Shown piece by piece: positions 1 through 10,313 of a DNA stretch of 64,000 bases. The stretch comes from Candidatus Neptunichlamydia sp. GTDB lineage: Bacteria > Chlamydiota > Chlamydiia > Chlamydiales > Simkaniaceae. Positions within the stretch are counted from its first letter, which is position 1. Every line of letters begins with the position of its first letter. Under the pieces are notes generated by a model. That model was not told the DNA's origin, made no database searches, and saw only the letters and a list, made by a program, of their open reading frames with translations. The translations under genes and the position numbers were made by a program. The stretch spans positions 640,001 to 704,000 of the forward strand of contig OZ247587.1 of assembly GCA_965233865.1 (NCBI GenBank). Reading direction: 5' to 3'.

Positions 1-496
1 ACTCTTTTGAGCTGCATTTCCCCCAGCGCCCTCTAACGATTGGTACTCGAAGGGCCTTTACCAACGTGGCTGTTTCCTTCCTAAGTTCTTTTTCTGATTC
101 AGTCATCATTCTGAGCTGAGCCTTCAAAGACTCTTGCTCTCCTTTTCTTTCTTTTTCAATTGACTGCATCCCCTTATCTAGTCTGCCGAGCGACTCCTGA
201 ACCGGTTTTAAAACATGCTCGATCGATTCTTGCCTTTTCTCCAAGTCTCCCTTTGCTTTCTCCTGAAACTTCCCTAGCGTCTCTTTAGCTAGCTGCAAAA
301 ATGAAAAATTACTCTTCTCAAGGGCTTCACTTGACAGTGCTTTAAATGCCAGAGAGAGCTTCTCTTGCGCTGATTTGATATCCGCAGAGGTCTCTTCCCG
401 AGCTTTTAAATAAATATTTTCTTCCCGCACCTTCTGCAACTTTAAGTAAAAGAATACGGCTAAGGCTGCCGGAACGACTGCAATTAAATATTCCAT
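1..496 (-). CDS. rmuC: DNA recombination protein RmuC, N-terminal part (runs off window start)
   Basis: Hand translation from ATG at 496: MEYLIAVVPAALAVFFYLKL...coiled coil...LKPVQESL...LVKALRVPIVRGRWGEMQLKR; N-terminal TM segment plus RGxWGE motif. Confidence 0.85.
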   Translation of the reverse strand, partial: MEYLIAVVPAALAVFFYLKLQKVREENIYLKAREETSADIKSAQEKLSLAFKALSSEALEKSNFSFLQLAKETLGKFQEKAKGDLEKRQESIEHVLKPVQESLGRLDKGMQSIEKERKGEQESLKAQLRMMTESEKELRKETATLVKALRVPIVRGRWGKCSSKE

Positions 497-823
497 GACT
501 CTATTTAAGCCTATGAAGTGATAAATCTCCAGAAAGCTTTCTCTTTTTATTGCTCCCATGTTCGCATTTTCTCCATAAAAACTCATTTGGTAGAAGGCAA
601 TGGAACACCTTAACTTCGGTACTACCAATCCTGCGCAAAACTGATCCTTTCAACACATTCCTGATACATTTCGTTGTCCAAAAAAGAAAGCACCTTCGCT
701 ATTGAAAGTTGCTATCTTCCAGTAGAATTTTCCTTATTGCACGCCTTGGGATGGTTGTGTTTTTTTTTATAGATAATTCTTAAATGAGTGTTGGCAACAA
801 TAAAAAAATAAGTACAGCGAAGA

Positions 824-1657
824 CTAATTTTTCTCATCGTCAATCTCAAAATCAACGAGGGTCTTTGCCTTTTTACCAGCAATAAGACGAATTAGAGTGA
901 GAACACATCCGATAAAGATATAACCTACGGAGCATACAACGAGCACAACAGGCAAGAAGTAAAAAATTCCGAAGAAGATAAAGATGGCGATCAAAACGGT
1001 AAAAAGAATGAGGTGGAAAGAAGGAACCCGGAAGTGAAGGCTTTTTAGGCTGGGAAACTTCCATTTGCTCACCATAAGATAGCCAAGAAGAATCATGACA
1101 CATGTCAGGGTAATCGCCCGCACAGCATAGGACAAGTTAAACCACTCTTTTGCGAAGGTAGAATGGAGAAAGAGATTCACCGAAATCGCTGCTGCTGCAG
1201 AGGCAGGAATAGGAAGTCCCGTAAAGTTCTTTTTATAAGCATTACTTGCCTCTTTGTCTGTCTTAAGCTCATGTGCTTTTACATTAAAGCGGACAAGGCG
1301 GAGAACTCCGCAAATCGTATAGAGCATTGCTCCGACAACTGCAAAAAACGAAAGACTCGTTGCTGGCTCAAGTGAAAGGCTTTTTAGGAACAGAACTGAC
1401 GGCGCAACCCCAAAGGAAATAGCATCAGCCAAAGAATCAAACATTGAACCAAATTCACTTTCTGCCCGAATGATTCGCGCAACGGCACCATCTAATAAAT
1501 CTGCAAACGCAGCGAGCAGAAGTAGAAGGGCTGACGAATAAAGCAATTCGTAAGTTCCAACTCCAGGCTCTGTCATATTTGTCTTAAAAATAACAAACAG
1601 ACCACATGAAAGGCCAAACGCAGTAATGATATTAGGCAAAAGGTAAAATTGTTTCAT
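824..1657 (-). CDS. pssA: CDP-diacylglycerol--serine O-phosphatidyltransferase
   Basis: LPNIIT start; CDP-alcohol phosphotransferase motif DLLDGAVAR...SEFGSMFDSLAD; RLVRFN and FTGLPIP. Confidence 0.9.
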   Translation of the reverse strand: MKQFYLLPNIITAFGLSCGLFVIFKTNMTEPGVGTYELLYSSALLLLLAAFADLLDGAVARIIRAESEFGSMFDSLADAISFGVAPSVLFLKSLSLEPATSLSFFAVVGAMLYTICGVLRLVRFNVKAHELKTDKEASNAYKKNFTGLPIPASAAAAISVNLFLHSTFAKEWFNLSYAVRAITLTCVMILLGYLMVSKWKFPSLKSLHFRVPSFHLILFTVLIAIFIFFGIFYFLPVVLVVCSVGYIFIGCVLTLIRLIAGKKAKTLVDFEIDDEKN

Positions 1658-1783
1658 GTCGCTATTTTACCAAAATAAATAGTTTTTGGCGATTCGAATA
1701 TTGCAAAAACCAAGATCTATCATTTCTGTTAAAAAAAGGATGTGTTGAATAAGTCATTTTTCAACAAGCCGATTCTTTTTTAG

Positions 1784-2509
1784 GGTTCTGTTGCAAAAAC
1801 CTTCATCTCCAAATAGGAGCTTACACTTTATTGGATTTCCCCTTTCTAGGCAGCTAAGCCTCTGACCTCGAAGAGGTCTTCAATAAATATTTTTATCTCT
1901 CGGGCGTTTGCATCCAAGATATCATCAATTTGTCCTTTGAAAATCATGTGCATGGCTTCAATGCCTGCAATGGTGTTTCTTGCTGTCTCTAGACTCTTAT
2001 ATCCCATCGCACACCTATGTTGCCTCTTAATTAATCTGTGGTCTTGTTCTAGTAAGTTATTGAGGTATTTGATCTGACGAAGTTTCGTTTTTTCAGGAAA
2101 CCCTTTATTTCTTCTCATTACATTGAATGCTGGAGGGTAGGAAGCACATTTGTCGACATTTTTCCTTTCACTTTGATATAGCTTTCATCAACACGCCATG
2201 AATCATTAGGCTTTACTACAAACGACTTAATTTTCTTCCTGATTTCGGATCCATATTTCTGAACCCATCGATAGATGGTTGTGTGATCAATACTCAATCC
2301 ACGCTCATTTATCATCTCTTCCAAATTTCTATAGCTGAGGTTGTAACGTAAATACCATCGAACGCAAAGTAATATGATTCCTGCTGAATAATGGCGCCAC
2401 TTGTAATGGATGTTGATGATTCATTTTTTCTTCCTGCTTTGATTGCGATAAGATCAAGCATAGATTTTAAATGATTTTTCATCGAGAACGCATTTTTTGC
2501 AACATTACC
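1784..2509 (-). mobile_element. IS6-family element, defective
   Basis: Terminal inverted repeats GGTTCTGTTGCAAAAA (1784) and reverse complement GGTAATGTTGCAAAAA (ends 2509); transposase fragments YKWRHY..ILLCVRWYLRY, WRVDESYIKVKG, YLNNLLEQDHR. Confidence 0.9.
1846..2424 (-). pseudogene. IS6 transposase, frameshifted and internally deleted
   Basis: Frameshift after MNHQHP; KVKGK joins directly to DKCASYPPA in another frame, so the YLYRAVD segment is missing. Confidence 0.85.
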
Positions 2510-2649
2510 ACCTAACAGATCCCTCATCTGGAAAAAATTAAAAGATCTTAACTTTACAATTCATAATACACTTGTCTTCTTTGCGTTGAAAATTTCCAGA
2601 TTTTTTTTTTGCTTTTTGTGTCAGTTTTTTGTAGACTTCTAGATCTTGA

Positions 2650-2698
2650 CTACAATATATAGTGTATTAAAGTGAGTGTAGAGTACCAGATGTTGTAG
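2650..2698 (+). promoter_or_regulatory. Tandem NrdR boxes upstream of nrdA
   Basis: CTACAATATATAGTGT (2650-2665) and GTACCAGATGTTGTAG (2683-2698) resemble the NrdR consensus acaCwAtATaTwGtgt, 33 bp apart. Confidence 0.75.
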
Positions 2699-2761
2699 AA
2701 TAGGTTAGTTTACTGAAAATCTAAATTATTAGGAATTTTGTTCCAAAATCGAGGTGTTAAT

Positions 2762-5700
2762 ATGGTGAAATCAGAGTCTAAAGCTCGCAATAGTTCTAAA
2801 GAAATGCTCAGCTCCGTCAAAAAAGAAATCATTGAAGGAAGTATCGCGGCCGGTGAAAGTACTTTCACTGTTGTTAAAAGGAATGGAACGATTGTTCCTT
2901 TCCGAAAAGAGCGAATCTTTAAGGCTATTGAATCGGCGCTTCGTGACACAAAAAAAATCGATAAAGAAATTCCCCTTACGGATGATCTCAATGAAGTTGC
3001 TAAACAGGTCACCCATCAAGTAGTGGATCAGCTTTTTGAGCTAGCGTCGAAAAACGTCTCCCTAACAGTTGAAGGAATCCAAGATTTTGTCGAAGTCGCT
3101 CTGATGAAAAATGGTCACCATGATGTTGCTCGTGATTACATCATCTACAGGGACCACCACAAAGAATTAAGAGGGGATGACCCTCGCAATATAAATGTGG
3201 TTCGCCGAGATAGTGAGACCCCTGTACGCTTTAATCCGATTAAGATCGCTGCCTCAATTGAAAAGATCTTTAGGCGGTTAAACCAAATTGAAGGACAGAC
3301 TCCCGATGACATCATTTCGATTGTCAATACCCTTTCTCAGCAAGTTGTTGGAGAAGCTGTTCACCTAGCAAAGACTGATGAACTTCACATTCACAATATT
3401 CAAAACCTCGTTGAAGAAGCTCTCATGGAAGCTGGCTATTTTCAAGCAGCAAAGGGCTATATCCTTTACCGCGCAGAGAAAGGACAGCAAACTGCTGCAA
3501 CGGCTCCTTCAAAAAGAAAAAAGCGCCGCAAAGCAAAAGATGGCGAGAGAAAATTCGAGCTTCAAACGCAGGATGGTGAGCAAAAGTCCATTACTGAAAC
3601 TGAGCTCCTTGATCGCCTTGATCACGCATGCCGCGGGTTTGAAAAAATTGCAAAATCAGAAGAACTTTTAGAAAGTGCCATCCTCAATTTCTATGAAGGA
3701 ATTAAGGAAAATGAAGTTGACCAAGCACTCATTATATCAACCAAAGCAAAGATCGAAAAAGATCCAATTTTTTCCAAAGTTGCAGCACGCCTTCTTCTTG
3801 GTAAGCTCTATCGAGAAACACTTGAAATAGACACTCTTGACCATGACTTAGAAAAAAGACATCTTGTTTACTTTAAAGAGTATATTGCCAACGGCATCAA
3901 ACTTGGCCAGATCTCTCCTGAACTTGCCAAATTCGACCTTGATGCTCTTGGAAAAGCGATGAAGCTAGACCGAGATGACAAATTTCAGTACTTGGGATTG
4001 CAAACCCTTTATGATCGCTATTTTATTCATGAGAACCAGCGCCGCCTAGAAACACCCCAAATTTTCTGGATGCGTGTCGCTATGGGGCTTGCGATGAATG
4101 AAAAAGATAAAACCAAGCACACGCTTGAGTTCTACGAAGCTCTTTCAAAACATGACTATTTGTCAGCAACGCCTACTCTGTTTAACTCAGGAACAACCCA
4201 CTCCCAACTTAGCTCTTGCTATCTCTCCACGATTATGGACGATTTAGAGCATATTTTTAAAACCATTTCTGATGACGCGCAACTCTCAAAATGGGCGGGA
4301 GGACTTGGAAACGACTGGTCTAATGTTCGAGGAACAGGATCCCGCATCAAAGGAACCAACGGACAGAGTCAGGGGATTATCCCCTTCCTTAAAGTGGCAA
4401 ATGACACGGCTGTAGCTGTCAATCAAGGTGGAAAACGCAAAGGTGCTATGTGCGCTTACCTTGAAACCTGGCATATCGATATTGAGGACTTCATTGAGCT
4501 TCGAAAAAATACTGGAGATGAACGGCGCCGTACTCATGACATGAATACCGCAAACTGGATCCCCGACCTCTTTATGAAACGAGTGAAGGAAAATGGAACA
4601 TGGACTCTCTTCACTCCCAATGAAGTGAGTGATCTTCATGATCTATATGGACAAGCGTTTGAAAAACGGTATCTTGAGTATGAAAAAATGGCTGATGAAG
4701 GAAAAATTCTCCTTTGGAAGCGGGTCGAATCCCTTCAACTCTGGAGAAACATGCTGAGCATGCTTTTTGAAACAGGTCATCCATGGATTACTTTCAAAGA
4801 CCCTGCGAATATTCGCTCCCCTCAAGACCATGTCGGTGTTGTCCACAGCTCAAACCTTTGCACTGAGATTCTTCTCAACACATCGAAAGAAGAGACTGCA
4901 GTCTGTAATCTTGGTTCGATCAACCTAGCTGAGCACGTGACAGAAAAGGGTCTCGACGAGAAAAAGCTCGCGAAAACAATCCAAACAGCAATCCGGATGC
5001 TTGATAATGTCATTGATGTAAACTTTTACCCGATTCCTGAGACTAAAAATGCCAATATGGCTCATCGGGCAATTGGCCTAGGCCTCATGGGGTTTCAAGA
5101 TGCGCTCAACATTTTAAGCCTTAGCTACGCTAGCCACGAAGCGGTTGAATTTGCCGATCGTAGCATGGAAATGATCTCTTACTATGCGATTCTCTATTCT
5201 AGTGAGCTAGCGAAAGAGAGAAACCCTTATCCAAGCTATAAGGGTTCGAAGTGGGAACGGGGTCTTCTTCCAATCGACACGATTGATCTTTTAGAAAAGG
5301 AAAGAGGGGAAAAGGTAGAAATGGACCGTTCTTCTTCAATGAACTGGGAGAAAGTGCGAGAGTCAATCCGTAAACATGGAATGCGTCATAGCAATGTGAT
5401 GGCAATTGCCCCTACAGCAACCATTGCAAATATTGCAGGGGTCACACCATCCATTGAGCCCAATTATAAGAATCTTTATGCAAAATCAAATCTCTCAGGA
5501 GAGTTTACATTCTCTAACTTCTACCTTGTTAATAAGCTCAAGGAGCTTAATCTCTGGGATGATGAGATGACCGACGATCTTAAATACTTTGATGGATCGG
5601 TTCTTGAAATCGGACGGGTCCCTGAAGAATTAAAGAAACAATTTCTCACCTCTTTTGAAATTGATCCTGAGTGGATCATCGAATGCGGATCCCGCCGCCA

Positions 5701-5992
5701 GAAATGGATTGATCAAGCGCAATCGCTCAATCTTTACCTGGCAGAGCCAAGCGGAAAAAAACTCCATAGCATGTATCTATTTGCATGGAAGAAAGGCTTA
5801 AAAACAACATACTACTGCCGCACACTTGGAGCCACACAGATCGAGAAATCAACTCTCGATATTAACAAACGTGGCCTTCAGCCACGATGGATGAAGAATG
5901 AGTCACCTTCTGCTAGAATAAAGCTTGATCGAGATGCAGGGCCTGCAGTCCCTGTATGCAATCTTGAAGAAGGTTGTGAAAGCTGTCAATAA
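2762..5992 (+). CDS. nrdA: Ribonucleoside-diphosphate reductase alpha subunit with multiple ATP cones
   Basis: ATP cones (VVKRNG, VVRRDS, degenerate third), [30 protein letters not shown]-terminal CESCQ; ATG at 2762 preferred over TTG at 2738. Confidence 0.97.
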   Translation: MVKSESKARNSSKEMLSSVKKEIIEGSIAAGESTFTVVKRNGTIVPFRKERIFKAIESALRDTKKIDKEIPLTDDLNEVAKQVTHQVVDQLFELASKNVSLTVEGIQDFVEVALMKNGHHDVARDYIIYRDHHKELRGDDPRNINVVRRDSETPVRFNPIKIAASIEKIFRRLNQIEGQTPDDIISIVNTLSQQVVGEAVHLAKTDELHIHNIQNLVEEALMEAGYFQAAKGYILYRAEKGQQTAATAPSKRKKRRKAKDGERKFELQTQDGEQKSITETELLDRLDHACRGFEKIAKSEELLESAILNFYEGIKENEVDQALIISTKAKIEKDPIFSKVAARLLLGKLYRETLEIDTLDHDLEKRHLVYFKEYIANGIKLGQISPELAKFDLDALGKAMKLDRDDKFQYLGLQTLYDRYFIHENQRRLETPQIFWMRVAMGLAMNEKDKTKHTLEFYEALSKHDYLSATPTLFNSGTTHSQLSSCYLSTIMDDLEHIFKTISDDAQLSKWAGGLGNDWSNVRGTGSRIKGTNGQSQGIIPFLKVANDTAVAVNQGGKRKGAMCAYLETWHIDIEDFIELRKNTGDERRRTHDMNTANWIPDLFMKRVKENGTWTLFTPNEVSDLHDLYGQAFEKRYLEYEKMADEGKILLWKRVESLQLWRNMLSMLFETGHPWITFKDPANIRSPQDHVGVVHSSNLCTEILLNTSKEETAVCNLGSINLAEHVTEKGLDEKKLAKTIQTAIRMLDNVIDVNFYPIPETKNANMAHRAIGLGLMGFQDALNILSLSYASHEAVEFADRSMEMISYYAILYSSELAKERNPYPSYKGSKWERGLLPIDTIDLLEKERGEKVEMDRSSSMNWEKVRESIRKHGMRHSNVMAIAPTATIANIAGVTPSIEPNYKNLYAKSNLSGEFTFSNFYLVNKLKELNLWDDEMTDDLKYFDGSVLEIGRVPEELKKQFLTSFEIDPEWIIECGSRRQKWIDQAQSLNLYLAEPSGKKLHSMYLFAWKKGLKTTYYCRTLGATQIEKSTLDINKRGLQPRWMKNESPSARIKLDRDAGPAVPVCNLEEGCESCQ

Positions 5993-6003
5993 TAAGGAGA
6001 ATA

Positions 6004-7029
6004 ATGATGCAAGAAAATACAAAAGCAAAAGCTAGAGCAAAGCGGCTCATCAACTGTACAACTGTTGATGTAAACCAACTTATGCCCCTAAAATATGACT
6101 GGGCATGGGAACACTACCTCAATGGATGTGCCAATCACTGGATGCCCACAGAGGTTCCTATGGGAAAGGATATCGAGATTTGGAAATCAAATCAGCTATC
6201 TGATGAAGAGCGTCTTCTCATTATGAGAAACCTAGGTTTCTTCAGTACTGCTGAAAGTCTCGTGGCAAACAATATCACCCTTGCAATCTATAAGTACGTC
6301 ACGAATCCTGAGTGTCGCCAGTATCTATTACGTCAGGCCTTTGAAGAAGCAATCCATACTCATACTTTTCACTATATCGTTGAATCACTCAATCTCGATG
6401 AGAGTGAGGTCTTTAATATGTACAATGAGATCAAAGCAATCCGCGATAAAGACGAGTTTGAGATGAAATTGACTGAAGAGATCCTCGCAGGAAACTTCGA
6501 TACTTCAACTTTAGAAGGAGCACAGAAGTTCCTTGAAAACCTCATTGGATTCTACATTATTATGGAAGGGATTTTCTTTTATAGCGGTTTTGCAATGATC
6601 CTTTCTCTACATCGTCAAAATAAGATGACTGGAATCGGAGAACAGTTCCAATATATCTTGCGTGATGAGACAATCCACTTAAACTTTGGGATCGATCTAA
6701 TTAATGGAATCAAAGAAGAAAACCCCGAGCTTTGGTCCCCAGATTTTCAGGACTACACGATAGGGAAAATCTGCGAAGCTGTAGAGCTTGAGATCTGTTA
6801 TGCAGAAGAGTGTCTTCCTAAAGGAATCCTGGGTCTTACCGCACCGATGTTCCGCGAGTATACACAATACATCGCAGACCGCCGCCTAGAGCGCATTGGA
6901 CTTAAAACCCAGTACAACTCCAAAAACCCTTTTCCTTGGATGAGCGAAACCATCGATTTAGGAAAGGAGAAGAACTTCTTTGAAACTCGCGTGACCGAGT
7001 ATCAATCCTCTTCTACCCTAACATGGTAA
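6004..7029 (+). CDS. nrdB: Ribonucleotide reductase beta subunit, class Ic (Mn/Fe) type
   Basis: EAIHTHTF has Phe at the radical-Tyr position, first ligand is Glu (STAES), [25 protein letters not shown]. Confidence 0.95.
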   Translation: MMQENTKAKARAKRLINCTTVDVNQLMPLKYDWAWEHYLNGCANHWMPTEVPMGKDIEIWKSNQLSDEERLLIMRNLGFFSTAESLVANNITLAIYKYVTNPECRQYLLRQAFEEAIHTHTFHYIVESLNLDESEVFNMYNEIKAIRDKDEFEMKLTEEILAGNFDTSTLEGAQKFLENLIGFYIIMEGIFFYSGFAMILSLHRQNKMTGIGEQFQYILRDETIHLNFGIDLINGIKEENPELWSPDFQDYTIGKICEAVELEICYAEECLPKGILGLTAPMFREYTQYIADRRLERIGLKTQYNSKNPFPWMSETIDLGKEKNFFETRVTEYQSSSTLTW

Positions 7030-7032
7030 ATT

Positions 7033-7058
7033 AAAGGGCTCCTTTTGGAGCCCTTTTT
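7033..7058. terminator. Rho-independent terminator, probably bidirectional
   Basis: AAAGGGCTCC-TTTT-GGAGCCCTTT perfect hairpin with T tail, between convergent nrdB and the DAHP synthase gene. Confidence 0.85.
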
Positions 7059-7193
7059 ATATCTAATTACAGAATTTTTAAGCACTTTCCTATTAAAAAG
7101 AATGTTAAGGACGAATACGGTTCACGCATAGAGTGGACGGGAATGTTCGATCAATCGACTTTCACTGTCCTTGTATCGGAAAGATCTTTTTTA

Positions 7194-8195
7194 TCAGCGA
7201 ATAAGATGATGGGTAGGGAGAGATTGGTAAGCCCAGAGGATGAGCTCCTCTGTTGTTTTCCAGTCAAGGCAGGGGTCTGTGATCGAAAGAGCATTACCCC
7301 CTTGAAGATGGCTCTCGAGCATCATCCCCATAATGAGATGGTTTCCTTCTCTAATTTGCTCCAATATTGAGCAGAAGGCAAGTTGTTGCTTTTTTGGGTC
7401 TTTTTGAGAGTTTCCATGGGCACAATCAATCATAAGGCGAGAGTTGAGACCATAGAGGCGTTGTTTATGGACTGCTTCTGAAATCGCTAGATGGTCGTAG
7501 TTGGAGGCATTTTGAGATCCCCTCAGAACAAGGTGAGTATGAGGGTTTCCCGAAGTTTTTAGAGAACAGATTTGCCCCTCAGAATTAATCCCTATGGAAG
7601 CTTGTGGATGGCGTGCTGCAAGGGCCCCGCATATTGCATTATCAAGGTTGCCATCGGTTTCATTTTTGAAGCCCATTGGCATGGGAAGATGAGATGCCAT
7701 TTGACGATGGATCTGAGAAGTAGAGGTTCTTGCACCAATTACCCCCCACGTCACTAAATCTTCATTATAGGGAGTTAAGGCGGGATCGAGAAACTCCGTA
7801 GCGATGGGGATCTCCATTTCATTAAGTTTTAAAAGAAGTTCTCGGGATGTAAAAAGTCCTTTTTCTATTTCGTAGCTTCCATCAAGAAGGGGATCATAAA
7901 GGAAACCTTTCCACCCAAACTGTGTCCGGGGTTTTTCTAAGAAAACTCGCATAATGAGGAAAATGCGTTCTTTTACTTTATTTGAAAGCTCTTTAAATCG
8001 GGTGGCGTATTCGATTGCGATATCGACATCGTGTATCGAGCAAGGGCCTGCAATGACAATCAGGCGATCGTCCTCCCCACTAATGATATGTTCTGCAGTG
8101 CGACGAAGCTCAGAGACACTCTTTTTCCCTTTTGTATTCAAAGGAAGACTTGAATGAATATTTCCAGGGGTTGTAAGGGGCGTTAAAAATGACAT
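7194..8195 (-). CDS. 3-deoxy-7-phosphoheptulonate (DAHP) synthase, class I (AroF/G/H-like)
   Basis: GPCSIHD, EKPRT..GWKG, IGARTSTSQIHR, LVLRG, DCAHGNS, SITDPC. Confidence 0.92.
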   Translation of the reverse strand: MSFLTPLTTPGNIHSSLPLNTKGKKSVSELRRTAEHIISGEDDRLIVIAGPCSIHDVDIAIEYATRFKELSNKVKERIFLIMRVFLEKPRTQFGWKGFLYDPLLDGSYEIEKGLFTSRELLLKLNEMEIPIATEFLDPALTPYNEDLVTWGVIGARTSTSQIHRQMASHLPMPMGFKNETDGNLDNAICGALAARHPQASIGINSEGQICSLKTSGNPHTHLVLRGSQNASNYDHLAISEAVHKQRLYGLNSRLMIDCAHGNSQKDPKKQQLAFCSILEQIREGNHLIMGMMLESHLQGGNALSITDPCLDWKTTEELILWAYQSLPTHHLIR

Positions 8196-8435
8196 TATTC
8201 TTTCCTAATAAACTTTAAGGCTAGCATAAGTATAAATATTATGGATAGCATTCGTCAAAAACTTTTACTTCTTTGTAAAAAGAGTAGAGCTCCTTGCCTT
8301 TTTTACTATCGAGACTCGAGAGTGTTTATCTTCCTGCGTTTGAAGTCGTGCAGGAGATAAATTATGAAATGGAAAAGAATGGAGGGACCGTATATAGTGT
8401 TACGGAGACCTTTTTGAGAACAGACTAATAGATCC

Positions 8436-9836
8436 ATGGAAAAACTGCAATATATTATTGATATCCTTAATGGCTGTATTTGGGGCCCTCCTTTACTCAT
8501 TCTTCTGGTCTTTGTAGGGATCTATCTAACGATTCGTACCCGGGCGATTCAGTTTCGTTATCTCATCTATGCTCATAAGCTGGCGTTTAGTCGCCATGAT
8601 GACGATGCGGAAGGTGACATCAGTCATTTTCAAGCTCTAATGACAGCCTTGGCAGCCACCATTGGTATCGGTAGTATTACAGGCGTTGCTACAGCGATTG
8701 CAATTGGTGGGATGGGAGCCCTCATTTGGATGTGGGGAGCCGCTCTTTTTGGAATGGCTACCAAATATGGAGAGGCAATTCTCGCGATTAAGTATCGGGA
8801 AACCGATGAGTTGGGTGAAATGTGTGGTGGACCCATGTATTACCTTCAAAAAGGGTTGAAATGGAAGTGGCTTGCAGCAGTATTTGCCATTCTTGGCGCT
8901 ATTACGGCGATAGGAACAGGGAATATGGTTCAGGCAAACTCAGTTTCTCTTGCCCTTCAAGATCTGTTTAATATTACTCCAATTTGGTCGGGCCTAGGTC
9001 TTATGGTTCTTGTGGGAGGTGCTTTGATTGGGGGGATTAAGAGTATTGGAAAGGTTGCTGGCATCTTGGTCCCTGCTATGGCAGCCTTTTATATTATTGG
9101 AGGGATTGTCATCATTATTTTGAGGATTGAAGAAATTCCTGCAGCCTTTGCTCTTATTTTTCGATCAGCATTCCAGGGACAGGCAGCCGTTGGAGGATTC
9201 GCCGGCGCTACGATAATGATGGCGGTACAAATGGGAATTTCCCGCGGAGTATTTTCAAGTGAAGCAGGGCTAGGCAGCTCTCCGATTGCAGCGGCTGCAG
9301 CAAAGACAGACACTCCTGGAAGACAAGCTTTAGTTTCAATGTGTAGTGTGTTTATCACAACGGGGATTGTCTGTACAATTACTGGGCTAGTGATCGCTGT
9401 TTCAGGCGTTCTTGGCGAACCAGGACCGGATGGAAAAATGCTTGATGGCTCTGCGATGGCTCTTAGAGCTTTTGATAGTGTTATTCCTTACGGGGGGCTT
9501 ATTGTTACAATTGCCCTTATCCCCTTTGCTTACTCCACAATACTTGGGTGGGCATACTATGGGGAAAAGTGTCTTGAGTATTTTTTTGGATACCGAGTGA
9601 CGAAACTGTACCGCGTTATTTATACCTTGGTTGTTGTTCCAGGTGCAGTTCTTGGCCTCAAACTCATTTGGGGATTTGCAAATATGATGAATGGTCTTAT
9701 GGCATTTCCTAACTTGATAGGCCTCTTTTTTTTGGCGGGGGTAATCGCTAAGGAAACACACTTCTTTGAGCGCTTACTAAAGAAAGAAAAGCAAGAACGT
9801 GCTCTCAAAAAAAAGCAGCGTCGTCTTAATAACTAA
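8436..9836 (+). CDS. Sodium:alanine/glycine symporter (AGCS family)
   Basis: Multi-TM; FQALMTALAATIG, GGPMYY, RGVFSSEAGLGS, GWAYYGEKC. Confidence 0.92.
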   Translation: MEKLQYIIDILNGCIWGPPLLILLVFVGIYLTIRTRAIQFRYLIYAHKLAFSRHDDDAEGDISHFQALMTALAATIGIGSITGVATAIAIGGMGALIWMWGAALFGMATKYGEAILAIKYRETDELGEMCGGPMYYLQKGLKWKWLAAVFAILGAITAIGTGNMVQANSVSLALQDLFNITPIWSGLGLMVLVGGALIGGIKSIGKVAGILVPAMAAFYIIGGIVIIILRIEEIPAAFALIFRSAFQGQAAVGGFAGATIMMAVQMGISRGVFSSEAGLGSSPIAAAAAKTDTPGRQALVSMCSVFITTGIVCTITGLVIAVSGVLGEPGPDGKMLDGSAMALRAFDSVIPYGGLIVTIALIPFAYSTILGWAYYGEKCLEYFFGYRVTKLYRVIYTLVVVPGAVLGLKLIWGFANMMNGLMAFPNLIGLFFLAGVIAKETHFFERLLKKEKQERALKKKQRRLNN

Positions 9837-10171
9837 TTCATTTACTTTTCACTCTCTTCAATGGTGATCAGAAAGAGCTAATGAAGATTTTTTCTGATCC
9901 TAAATAAAAAATTATCTTATCCGCAGCTATTTATACAACAAAGCCATAGAAAACTATGATTTTGACAAATTATCTAAAAGCGGAAGAGGACATAGATTTA
10001 TTTTCTAAGAGTTCCCCCTAATGCATTTTAATTATGCTTATTCCATTTCAATTTGCTTTTCGATGAGAATCCCAGTTGAAACGTAATAATTAAAAAGCCT
10101 TTTTCTTATCATTTCAATCCTGGAATCTCATAAGAGTATCTGCGGCCAAGAAAAGAAAGAGTAAGGTCTAT

Positions 10172-10313
10172 AGAAAAGCTTGAAATGGGTGAAGACATCA
10201 AACTTGCTGGAATCAATGTTCCCTACGATCTTCAAAAAGAGCCTGATGTTATTTGCAACACTGAAAAAATGACAGCAGAACTCTGTGCTCAAAAAATTTT
10301 GAAGCAAATATAA
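10172..10313 (+). pseudogene. Adenylyl-sulfate kinase (CysC-like) C-terminal remnant
   Basis: Hand translation EKLEMGEDIKLAGINVPYDLQKEPDVICNTEKMTAELCAQKILKQI* resembles the CysC tail (GEIKNFTGIDSPYEAP..PELVLDT...EECVEQIL); upstream sequence is decayed. Confidence 0.55.
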
